From the NCBI GenBank assembly GCA_041752695.1, contig JBGSVZ010000013.1, positions 1-22,247 of the forward strand: a DNA stretch of 22,247 bases. The letters are read 5' to 3'. Below the pieces are notes generated by a model. The model had not been told where the DNA came from, made no database searches, and saw nothing but the letters and a program-made list of their open reading frames with translations. This DNA comes from Terrimicrobiaceae bacterium (GTDB lineage: Bacteria > Verrucomicrobiota > Verrucomicrobiia > Chthoniobacterales > Terrimicrobiaceae). Positions 1 to 7,685 of the stretch are shown here, one piece after another. The position numbers were made by a program, and so were the translations under genes. Numbering within the stretch: position 1 is the first letter of the stretch; the number at the start of each line of letters is the position of its first letter.

Positions 1-560
1 TGGGGCTGGTGGACGCGCAGGGGCGGCCGACCGCACGAGGGCGGGTCTTCAGCCGCTTCCAAGCGGGGGAGGGGCTCATGGTGGCCGCGGCCCTGGAAAA
101 CAACACCTATCCATTGGAACACCTGATCCAACACCTGGCCAACCTGCGGGGCGGTCCCCGTTTCTCCGAGCTCGACGGCCGGGGCAGTGACCGGCTGGCG
201 ATGGCTTCCCGGGAGATCTACGGCCATGTGGATTTTCCGGGATATCTTTCGGCGGGCGTCTGCGAAGGTTATGGCGAAGCAACGTGGGAAGCGATTGAGC
301 ATTTCTCGCACAGCGGACTACGGGAATTGCGCGGTTACCCCATCAGCGCCGGCGACATCGAGCGGGCGATTTTGGAATGGCAGAGTCTGCTGCGGCACGT
401 CATCCACGCACCCGACCCCGAGGTGCCGCGGTGGGCGGAGTTTCAAGCCGCCGCGGCCGCGGGCCTTCGCGACAAAAGCCGGCGGCCCGCCGTAGATTGG
501 GGCGAACAGTTGCCGATGATCTACCGGCAGCGACGAGCCCTTCCGGAGCGTGCTTTCTGA
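1..560 (+). CDS. C-terminal part of a probable DEAD/DEAH-box (Ski2/HelY-like) helicase, truncated at the left window edge
   Basis: The frame is open from position 3 (GLVDAQGRPTARGRVFSRFQAGEGLMVAAALE) to TGA at 558-560. The 'GLVD..G.PT.RG' segment resembles the winged-helix region of Ski2-like helicases. The catalytic motifs lie outside the window. Confidence 0.5.
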   Translation, partial: GLVDAQGRPTARGRVFSRFQAGEGLMVAAALENNTYPLEHLIQHLANLRGGPRFSELDGRGSDRLAMASREIYGHVDFPGYLSAGVCEGYGEATWEAIEHFSHSGLRELRGYPISAGDIERAILEWQSLLRHVIHAPDPEVPRWAEFQAAAAAGLRDKSRRPAVDWGEQLPMIYRQRRALPERAF

Positions 561-722
561 CGCCTGTCCTACAGCTCTACTTGAATCTCCCCGGCCAACG
601 CGCTCGAATCGTGGACCATCCCGCCAGATTCCGGTTCGTCCTTCACCGTGCACCACGACGGTCTCACCGAGGAAACGGTGGTCTTTCGCGCGGTGCCGGC
701 GTCGGCCCCGTGAGTTTGGATA

Positions 723-1640
723 TTAAATCCAACGTTTGTCCGCGGTGAAGTCCACCGTCAACCACCACCCGGGACCTTCCCGTCCCAAGGCGTCCGAGAT
801 TTCCTGGCGAATCTGATCAAGGTCCTGAAACGATTGCGGGGGCGCGTCGGCCGGGGCGACCAGGCCGATCTCGACAAATTGGAGCCGTCCGATCCGCGCG
901 ACATGGGAAGAGAAGTCGCTAAAGCCGTGTTTCTCCGCCACCCCTTGCGCCACTTTTCGCACTTGGTCATCGAGGTCGCTTGGGGCGATCTGCAGGATGT
1001 CCTGTCCTGCCCTCCAAAGTGTGACAATCGGAAACGGCAGCAGGCCCAGCGCCGCGACCATGAGCACCACCGGGTCAACGAAAGGAGCAAGATGGGCAAA
1101 GTCCGAGACCCTCAGCGCGAAGCCAATCAGGAAACTCAGGCAAAGCGAAAAACTCAGCACCGCCCCCATGAGCCAGCTGCGGGCATCAATCTTCAAAAAT
1201 TCGGAATCCAAACCCGCGGCGGACCGGCGAATGTAAAAATACATCATGGCGCTCACCACGGCCAGCCCCCCCACGAAGACCGAACCCGGACCGAAGGGAA
1301 TGCTTTCTCCGCCAGCCCAAAAACCTTTCAGGCCATTGATAAAAGCATAAGCGCAGGTGCTGGCGAGGAGGGCGCCGCTGACGAAGCCGACCAGGGGCTC
1401 AAGGTGCCAATAGCCGTACTGGAAATGCTCATCGTCGCCGCGGGCGATCAGGCGCGAGACGAGCAGCGCCACCAACGTCATGCCCGCATCGGTCAGGTTG
1501 TAAAATCCATCAAAAGTGATTGCGCCGGATCCCGACCAGAGACCAAAGATCACACTGACAATGGCAATGCCCAGGACGGCGTAGATGGAAATTTTGAGCA
1601 GCCGTTGTTCTTCAGCGGCCTTGGATTTGCTATTCACCAC
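723..1640 (-). CDS. Cation diffusion facilitator (CDF) family transporter
   Basis: About 6 TM helices with SGSGAITFDG, DDEHFQYGYWHLEPL and DPV motifs, plus a soluble C-terminal domain (HVARIGRLQFVEI...LDQIRQEI). Start placed at GTG 1640. An alternative GTG at 1712 overlaps the upstream stop (GTGA). Confidence 0.85.
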   Translation of the reverse strand: MVNSKSKAAEEQRLLKISIYAVLGIAIVSVIFGLWSGSGAITFDGFYNLTDAGMTLVALLVSRLIARGDDEHFQYGYWHLEPLVGFVSGALLASTCAYAFINGLKGFWAGGESIPFGPGSVFVGGLAVVSAMMYFYIRRSAAGLDSEFLKIDARSWLMGAVLSFSLCLSFLIGFALRVSDFAHLAPFVDPVVLMVAALGLLPFPIVTLWRAGQDILQIAPSDLDDQVRKVAQGVAEKHGFSDFSSHVARIGRLQFVEIGLVAPADAPPQSFQDLDQIRQEISDALGREGPGWWLTVDFTADKRWI

Positions 1641-1708
1641 CCAACCGACCGTAGGCACTCCCGCGTGGCGACCCAATAAAATTCCGGTCCCGGGCTTACG
1701 GAAAAAAC

Positions 1709-2083
1709 TCACTCCTGGGGAACGAGACGGCCCTCGCGAACCTCATAACGCCGGACAAGTTCTCCCGTCTGGAGGTTCGACACCGTGATTTCTTTTCCCT
1801 GAAACCCGAGCTGGCCAAATTGCTGGAGACCGTTGAAGGCAGCGTCGAGAGTTCCCAGGGTGGCCGAGTCCAGCACCTTGCCCTCGGAGTTTTGCAGATC
1901 CAGAAAACAAAGGCCTCCTCCGGTCAGAAAGCGGGGTTTCCACATGAGGCAGACGGCCTCCCCTGTGGGCGGATGGGCGACCCGGGTGAGCTCCTGCGTG
2001 GTCAGACGTTCAGCGAAGAGGAGAGCCCCATAAAGGAGCGCCAGGATCAGAGCGCCAAAGAGAATTGTTCGCAGAACTCGCAT
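1709..2083 (-). CDS. Hypothetical membrane-anchored/exported protein, 124 aa
   Basis: ATG preceded by AGGAGGT. N-terminal basic plus hydrophobic segment (MRVLRTILFGALILALLYGALLFA), then a beta-rich domain with two Cys. Confidence 0.7.
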   Translation of the reverse strand: MRVLRTILFGALILALLYGALLFAERLTTQELTRVAHPPTGEAVCLMWKPRFLTGGGLCFLDLQNSEGKVLDSATLGTLDAAFNGLQQFGQLGFQGKEITVSNLQTGELVRRYEVREGRLVPQE

Positions 2084-2093
2084 TCCGGACCCT

Positions 2094-2100
2094 ACCTCCT
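2094..2100 (-). promoter_or_regulatory. Shine-Dalgarno sequence of the 124-aa gene
   Basis: AGGAGGT 10 nt upstream of ATG 2083 on the minus strand. Confidence 0.65.
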
Positions 2101-2164
2101 CAGGAAAAAAAGGGCAGTTTTCTCTCTTTTCATTTTGCTTGGGTGATGGGCGGCCGCGTTTGAT

Positions 2165-3334
2165 TCACGTCCGCACGATCCGCGCGCTGGCCGAGACCGC
2201 GAGCAGAGAAACCCCGACGGCCGCAAGGGCAAGGGGCAGGCTGGTCAGTTGGGCGACCCCGCCGATCAGCGCAGGGCCGGCCAACAGGCCTGCGTAACCC
2301 ATGGTGGTGATGGCGGGGATCGTAATACTGGGATCGCCGCGTCGTCCGGCGGCGCTGAACATCAGAGGCACGACGTTGGCGACTCCGAGGCCGATCAGGG
2401 CGAATCCCACGAGGGACGCCATCCCGTTGGGAATCCCAATGGCGAGAAAATAGCCAACCGCTCCCATGAGCGCGCCGTAGCGCACGGTGGGAACAGGTCC
2501 TAGCTTGTGCGCGACAGCGTCCCCGGTGAGGCGGCCCGTCGCCATGGCTACGGAAAAGACCGCATACCCAATGCCTGCGTTGGTTTCGGAGAAACCGCGG
2601 AAAAATTTCAGATAAACCGCACTCCAATCGAGCAGGGCGCCTTCGGCCAGGAAGGTGAGGAAACACATCACGCCAATCACGATGACGGTCCCGTGCGGCA
2701 TAGTGAGTTTGGTGCCCTGGATTTTGGAATCCTGGGCGTGCGGCAGAAGTTTGGGAAATTGCCAGATGCCGATCCCAAGGCAAAGCACCGAGACCCAAAT
2801 GGCGCAAACGGTGAGATTGAGGCCGCGGTCCAACAGCAGACTCACCCCGCCCGCGCCAATCAGGCCGCCGACGCTGAAAAGTCCGTGGAACGACGACATG
2901 ATGGGGCGCGCAAATTTTTGCTCCACCACCACGGCCTGGGCGTTCATCGCGACGTCCACCGCGCCTACGCCGCAGCCGAAAAGAAAGAGAAACCCGCCGA
3001 GCAGCCACGGGTTCGCACCAAAGGTGAGAAAGGGCAGCGCCGCTGAAAAAACAATGATGGCGGCCAACATGACCGCCCGGCTGCCGAAGCGATTGATGAG
3101 GAGGCCGCTCAACGGCATGGTCAGCATCGCCCCGCCGCCCAGACCGAGGAGGATGAGGCCGAGTTGCGCGTCGTTCAACGCGAGGCGTGTCTTGGCATAA
3201 GGCACCATGGGCGCCCAACTCGCCATACTAATACCGCAGACCAGAAACACAAAACTGGTCGCGATCCGGGCGGCGCGGAGGGCGGAGGGTGGTTCGACGG
3301 TATTTTCCAAAGGAGGCGTAACGGTTCGCTCCAA
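2165..3334 (-). CDS. MFS transporter (YbjJ-like)
   Basis: About 12 hydrophobic segments, MFS motif A-like GLLINRFGSR and GDAVAHKLG, plus DVAMNAQA, MSSFHGLFSVG and EGALLDWS typical of this subfamily. The start is uncertain (TTG 3334 or TTG 3310). Confidence 0.9.
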   Translation of the reverse strand: MERTVTPPLENTVEPPSALRAARIATSFVFLVCGISMASWAPMVPYAKTRLALNDAQLGLILLGLGGGAMLTMPLSGLLINRFGSRAVMLAAIIVFSAALPFLTFGANPWLLGGFLFLFGCGVGAVDVAMNAQAVVVEQKFARPIMSSFHGLFSVGGLIGAGGVSLLLDRGLNLTVCAIWVSVLCLGIGIWQFPKLLPHAQDSKIQGTKLTMPHGTVIVIGVMCFLTFLAEGALLDWSAVYLKFFRGFSETNAGIGYAVFSVAMATGRLTGDAVAHKLGPVPTVRYGALMGAVGYFLAIGIPNGMASLVGFALIGLGVANVVPLMFSAAGRRGDPSITIPAITTMGYAGLLAGPALIGGVAQLTSLPLALAAVGVSLLAVSASARIVRT

Positions 3335-3457
3335 CGCTCAACGCCGAACGTTCAACTCTGAACGCTCAAGGAGAAGAGGTTCGAATTTTCGCTTAGGGTG
3401 AGGAATATGGGCTGACATACTTGAGCGTTGAACGTTCAGCGTTGAGCGTTCAACGTT
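3333..3457. repeat. Inverted pair of 7-bp tandem arrays (consensus AACGYTC) around a 49-nt spacer
   Basis: Left arm 3333-3370: AACGCTC AACGCCG AACGTTC AACTCTG AACGCTC AAG. Right arm 3420-3457, reverse complement: AACGTTG AACGCTC AACGCTG AACGTTC AACGCTC AAG. Confidence 0.9.
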
Positions 3458-5286
3458 TCGGCAGTTTCTGCCGCTGCCGTATGAAACTGCATTTCCGCCA
3501 GCCGCCGGTAGGTGCCGCCTTCGCGGGTGATGAGTTCGTCGTGGGTTCCGGATTCGATGACACGGCCTTCGTCGATGACGTAAATGCGATCGGCCTTGCG
3601 CACGGTGGCCAGACGGTGGGCGATGATCAGGGCGGTGCGGTTTTTCAGCAGGACGGAGAGGGCTTGCTGGATGAGATGTTCGCTCTCGGAATCGAGCGAA
3701 CTGGTGGCCTCGTCGAGGATGAGGATGGACGGGTCCTTGAGCAAGGCGCGGGCAATGGCGATGCGTTGACGCTGGCCGCCGGAGAGTTTCACGCCGCGTT
3801 CGCCGACGATCGTGGCGTAACCCTCGGGAAATTTCTGGATGAATTCGTGGCAGGCCGCCAATTTGGAGGCTGCGACAATCTCTTCGTGGGTGGCCCCCGG
3901 CCTGCCATAGCGGATGTTTTCTTCGATGGACCCGCCGAAAAGCAGCACCTCCTGCGGAACGATGGCCATGTTGGCGCGCAGATCGCGGAGGGAGAAGTCT
4001 GTGACCGATTGACCGTCCACCAGGATGCGGCCGGAATCCGGGTCGTAGAAGCGCAACAGAAGCGAGACGATGGTGGATTTTCCCGCTCCGCTCGGACCTA
4101 CGAGGGCAATCTTTTCGCCGGCTTTTGCCGCCAGCGTGAGTTCGTGCAACACCGGGCTCTGCGGACGCGAGGGATAATGAAAGGAGACGTTTTCAAAGGT
4201 GACATCGCCGCGGAACCGCGGAGGTTCGCCAGCGGGGGGTGCAGCCTTGGTGTCGATCTCTGGGTGTTCGTCGAGCAGCTCGCGCACGCGTTCCGTGGCA
4301 CCGAGCATTTTTTGCACCTGACTGAAGACTTCCGCGAAAGACGCGACCGAACCTCCCACGAAGGTGGTGTAGAGAACAAAGCGGGTGAGTTCGCCAAAGG
4401 TGAGCTGGTCGTTTTGCATAAGCTGTGCGCCATACCAGAAGACGAGCACGATGGAGCCGAAGATGCCGAAGATGATGAACGACACCATGGAGGCCCGCAG
4501 GCGTGCGGTCTTGATGATCACATCAAGAAACTGCTGCAAGTTGTGGGCGTAGCGGCCGAGTTCGAAACGTTCGTTGCCGAAGGCTTTCACATTGGCGATG
4601 CCTTGGAGGGACTCCTCCAGCACGGTGCCGCCGTCGGCCAGGCGGTCCTGGGCGTCGCGGGCGTAACGGCGGATGCGTTTGCCAAAAAGGATCGCGATGA
4701 GGATGAGGACGGGAAAAGTGGAGATCATCAGGCCCGTGAGCTTGATCGAGGTGAAGGCGACTAAAGTGATCCCCCCAAGCATCAGCAGACTCTGACGCAG
4801 GAACTGCTGGATGGTCATCGTCATGGTGTCCTGGATAAGCGTGAGATCGTTGCTCAGACGGCTGGAGAGTTCGCCGACACGGCGCTGGGAGAAAAACGTC
4901 ATGGGCTGCCCGATGAGCCGTCCGAAGGTTTCGCGCCGGAGGTCCACCAGCGCGCTCTCGCCGCAGCGATAAAACCAGTAGGTGGAGAAAAACGAGAAGA
5001 AGGCCTGGAGCGCGAGGGTCCCGAGCAGGACAATCGCGATGGTGTTGATGTTGCCGGTCCAGTCGGTGGCGGTGCCCGGTTTGGCCAGCGAGCCATCGAG
5101 GAGAAGGCCGGTCAGGTAGGGGAAACAGAGGCCCAGCGACGTCGAGAGGACGAGGGTGAAGATGGCCCCGGCAAAACGGACGCGGTAGGGCGCGAGGTAG
5201 CGAAAAATTTTCGCCGCCTGGCGAAGCGATTCAGGCTGGATACGCACTTTGCCGTCGGGCGGCTGGCTGTCGGGTGTGGTTGGCAC
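3436..5286 (-). CDS. MsbA-like ABC exporter half-transporter (fused TMD and NBD), ~616 aa
   Basis: 6-TM domain, Walker A GPSGAGKST, Q-loop VPQE, signature LSGGQRQR, Walker B ILILDEATSSLD, H-loop IAHRL. Start placed at GTG 5286; the upstream 287 codons of the track ORF overlap the glycosyltransferase and look spurious. Confidence 0.92.
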   Translation of the reverse strand: MPTTPDSQPPDGKVRIQPESLRQAAKIFRYLAPYRVRFAGAIFTLVLSTSLGLCFPYLTGLLLDGSLAKPGTATDWTGNINTIAIVLLGTLALQAFFSFFSTYWFYRCGESALVDLRRETFGRLIGQPMTFFSQRRVGELSSRLSNDLTLIQDTMTMTIQQFLRQSLLMLGGITLVAFTSIKLTGLMISTFPVLILIAILFGKRIRRYARDAQDRLADGGTVLEESLQGIANVKAFGNERFELGRYAHNLQQFLDVIIKTARLRASMVSFIIFGIFGSIVLVFWYGAQLMQNDQLTFGELTRFVLYTTFVGGSVASFAEVFSQVQKMLGATERVRELLDEHPEIDTKAAPPAGEPPRFRGDVTFENVSFHYPSRPQSPVLHELTLAAKAGEKIALVGPSGAGKSTIVSLLLRFYDPDSGRILVDGQSVTDFSLRDLRANMAIVPQEVLLFGGSIEENIRYGRPGATHEEIVAASKLAACHEFIQKFPEGYATIVGERGVKLSGGQRQRIAIARALLKDPSILILDEATSSLDSESEHLIQQALSVLLKNRTALIIAHRLATVRKADRIYVIDEGRVIESGTHDELITREGGTYRRLAEMQFHTAAAETAETLNAQR

Positions 5287-5313
5287 CCGGGGAGTATCTG
5301 AAAAGGGAAAATT

Positions 5314-5343
5314 TTTAACAGAAGGGAACGAAGGAAATGAAGG
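5314..5343. repeat. Short 9-bp-period purine-rich repeat
   Basis: TTTAACA GAAGGGAAC GAAGGAAAT GAAGG, in the gap between the GT1 stop and the ABC start. Confidence 0.6.
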
Positions 5344-5348
5344 AGGCC

Positions 5349-6614
5349 TTAGGAGCAGGCTAAAGCCTGGACTCCAACGAGGCGTTCGATGGCGTCGAGG
5401 GAACTTGCGGCGTCGGCCTGGGGGTGGATCTGGCGGGACAATTCCCGGGCGCGGGTGGTGAGGGTGGGATTGGAAAGGATCTCGCGCAGGCCGGAGGTGA
5501 GGGTTTTCTGCGAGACTTTGTGGCGGCGGATGGTGCGCGCGACGCCGAGGCGGCGGAGGCGTTCGGCGTTGTCGGGCTGGTCGTAGCCGAAGGGGATGAT
5601 CAACGACGGAATCCCGGCGCGGAGGGCTTCGCCGCAGGACCCCACACCGCCGTGATGCACCGCCGCGACCGCGCGGGGCAGGACGGTGTCGAGAGGGGCG
5701 TAGTCGAGGGCGAGGATGTCCGGACCCTTTGTGGTGGGTGGTGGGTTTTTGCCCAGCAGCAAAATGGCGCGCCGGCTCACCGCGCGGGCGGCGGCCGCCG
5801 CGGAATCGTAAAAATCGCGCGCGATGTGGACCGCGGTGGAACCAAGGGTGAAAACAATCGGGGCCTCCCCGGCGGCAAAGAAGGTGTCGAGTTTTTCCGC
5901 GATTTCGGGAAGGGCGGGTTGGGAGAAAAAGGGAAAGCCGGTTTGCACGACGGCGTCTGGCCAGTCGGGTTGGGGTGCGGCCAGGAAGCCGGGAAAGCAG
6001 GCCAGGACAAGGTCCTCGGAATATTTCCCTTCGAAGATCGGACTGGGTCCCGGTGGGAAACCCAGTTCCCGGCGGAAGGCGAGCAAGGGCGCACCCCAGC
6101 GGGAAGTCACCGCCCGCCCGATGGCGAAAATGAGCCGATGCGGCCACCGGCCAAGGTGGCGCAAGAGGTGGAGACTCTGGGCGGGCGCGAGCACGCAGGG
6201 GTCGATGGCGGAGAGAAACGAGGAGGGCGAGAGAATGACATTTGCCCAGGGAATCCCCAACTTCGTCGCCACGAGCGGGGCGACGTAGAGCAATTCCCCC
6301 ACAATAAGCACGTCGGCCTCCCGCGCGGCTTCGAGGAGGTCGGCATATGTTTCGCGCACCCGGGGAAAAAGTTCCTCGCGCATCAGGCGTTCGGGTCCGC
6401 GCGTGGGATGGGACAGGTAATCCATCCGGGCGGGCTCGGGGTCGAGGTCGGGCCGGATGCGCCGAAACTCGTATCCCAGAGCGCTGACATACGCGCGATA
6501 CGTCTCGGAGGCGGCCAGGCTCACCGCGTGTCCGCGACGGCGGGCCTCATCCGCCAGGGCCAGCAACGGATGAAGATCGCCCAGCGAGCCGAGGGAGGCG
6601 AACACGATACGCAT
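5349..6614 (-). CDS. Glycosyltransferase family 1 (GT-B fold; RhlB/sterol/macrolide GT-like), 421 aa
   Basis: N-terminal SLGSLGDLHPLLALA motif and C-terminal nucleotide-sugar binding signature VHHGGVGSCGEALRAGIPSLIIPFGYDQPDNA. Confidence 0.92.
   Translation of the reverse strand: MRIVFASLGSLGDLHPLLALADEARRRGHAVSLAASETYRAYVSALGYEFRRIRPDLDPEPARMDYLSHPTRGPERLMREELFPRVRETYADLLEAAREADVLIVGELLYVAPLVATKLGIPWANVILSPSSFLSAIDPCVLAPAQSLHLLRHLGRWPHRLIFAIGRAVTSRWGAPLLAFRRELGFPPGPSPIFEGKYSEDLVLACFPGFLAAPQPDWPDAVVQTGFPFFSQPALPEIAEKLDTFFAAGEAPIVFTLGSTAVHIARDFYDSAAAAARAVSRRAILLLGKNPPPTTKGPDILALDYAPLDTVLPRAVAAVHHGGVGSCGEALRAGIPSLIIPFGYDQPDNAERLRRLGVARTIRRHKVSQKTLTSGLREILSNPTLTTRARELSRQIHPQADAASSLDAIERLVGVQALACS
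5352..5378 (-). repeat. REP-like palindrome (GGAG-type) within the glycosyltransferase 3' end
   Basis: Minus strand GTT-GGAG-TC-CAGGC-TTTA-GCCTG-CTCC, followed directly by the TAA stop. It has a 5-bp stem with a TTTA loop, extendable by GGAG/CTCC. Confidence 0.6.
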
Positions 6615-6710
6615 GAGGCCGGAGAGTCTTGGGAAGGCGGCTGGCGGCGGCGAGCTTTTTTGCGGGAAACTTGGTCGAATCGTCGGGTGGGAAAAAAGGA
6701 CGTCCCCGGG

Positions 6711-7592
6711 TCAGCGCAGACTCTGCAACCGCACGGCGCGCGGGCTCTGACCGGTGATTTGCTTAAAAACACGGTTGAACTGCGACAGCGACCGGAAGCC
6801 CATGGCGAAGGCGATTTCGCTGATGCGCCGGTGGGGGTCGCGCAGGGCGGCGAGGGCATTGTCGACCCGCACGCGGGCCAGGTAGTCGGTGAAAGTCGCT
6901 CCCGTGGTCTTGCGAAACATTTCACTGAGATAGTTCGGGCTGATGTGGCAATGGGAGGCGAGTTTTTCCAGACTCCAATGCTGGTCGAAGCGGGCATCGA
7001 TGAGTGCCATGGCCTCGGCCACGGCGGGGAACGTGGAGCGACTCGCGACGGTTTCCGCCTCCTCACCAAGGCGCTGGGCGAATACTTCCAGCACCTTGAT
7101 GCGGGACTGGTATTGCCCTTCGGAAATCACCCGCGCGCGGCGGCGGGGCTCCGTCCCGGTTTCTCCGTTCCGCCGGGCCAACAGCCGTTCGATCCGCTGC
7201 TGACGCGCCTCGTCCGCCTCGGTGAGAAAGACGTGGCCGGTGTGGAGGTAGGCCGCAGGACGTTTCGCGACCCGGATCGGGATGGCCGTGGAACTCATGC
7301 CCGCAAAACATTTCATCGTCCGGGTGGTCTCGCCGCTGGGATCCTGAAGGCGGCGGTGCTCATCGCAACAGGTGCTGCAAACCCGGCTACCCCGGGCCAT
7401 GGTGCGGCAAAAATCCGGAATCCCTTCCGCGTCTTCCGCCAGCTGGAAGGTTCCCGGAGCATGGACGGTAACGGGCAGGCCGACCGCGTCGGAAAAGGCC
7501 CGCTGGTGCTCGCGGTAAAATTCCGACTGCGGAAGCTCCACTGCCGTCTTGGATTCCAAAGTGCCCTCGGGCGCTCGATGGGTAAGTTTCAC
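6711..7592 (-). CDS. AraC-family transcriptional regulator with an N-terminal PocR sensory domain, 293 aa
   Basis: C-terminal double HTH (SLEKLASHCHISPNYLSEMFRKTTG; ISEIAFAMGFRSLSQFNRVFKQITGQSP). N-terminal PocR pattern F..A.GLP...FC..M....C..C...C.AG....IPI.......L.TG. Confidence 0.9.
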   Translation of the reverse strand: MKLTHRAPEGTLESKTAVELPQSEFYREHQRAFSDAVGLPVTVHAPGTFQLAEDAEGIPDFCRTMARGSRVCSTCCDEHRRLQDPSGETTRTMKCFAGMSSTAIPIRVAKRPAAYLHTGHVFLTEADEARQQRIERLLARRNGETGTEPRRRARVISEGQYQSRIKVLEVFAQRLGEEAETVASRSTFPAVAEAMALIDARFDQHWSLEKLASHCHISPNYLSEMFRKTTGATFTDYLARVRVDNALAALRDPHRRISEIAFAMGFRSLSQFNRVFKQITGQSPRAVRLQSLR

Positions 7593-7601
7593 CTTGACCC
7601 C

Positions 7602-7629
7602 AGCGTACCGGAAGCCGGGGGTGCCTCAA
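7602..7629 (-). promoter_or_regulatory. Putative sigma70-type promoter of the AraC gene
   Basis: Minus strand TTGAGG (7629-7624) - N16 - TACGCT (7607-7602), 9 nt upstream of GTG 7592. Confidence 0.45.
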
Positions 7630-7646
7630 GGCGGAAATCCGCCATT

Positions 7647-7685
7647 TTCCGAAAATCTGCGCAGTGATTCCGAAAGGGTGCGTAG
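7647..7685 (+). promoter_or_regulatory. Tandem direct-repeat operator (putative AraC-family binding site)
   Basis: TTCCGAAAATCTGCGCAG (7647-7664) and TTCCGAAAGGGTGCGTAG (7668-7685): 14/18 identical, 21-bp period. Confidence 0.6.

Noticed and set aside
1650..1674. GTAGG-starting REP-like sequence upstream of the CDF gene
   Set aside because: Only about 3 bp of stem can form, which is too degenerate to support without other copies.
1678..1707. Possible terminator TTCCG...CGGAA with A/T tails
   Set aside because: A 5-bp stem with a 12-nt loop is too weak to call.
3333..3457. CRISPR array interpretation of the repeats
   Set aside because: The units are contiguous 7-mers without unique spacers, and no cas genes are present.
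3421..4764. 447-aa plus-strand ORF
   Set aside because: Typical antisense frame of an ABC ATPase gene.
5287..6147. 287-codon N-terminal extension of the 903-aa ABC ORF (possible GT1-ABC frameshift fusion)
   Set aside because: The Arg/Pro-rich out-of-frame translation of the GT1 gene has no domain features, GT1 is complete in its own frame, and no clear recoding signal was seen.
5424..7667. 747-aa plus-strand ORF
   Set aside because: Antisense shadow of the GT1 and AraC genes in GC-rich DNA, with no motifs.
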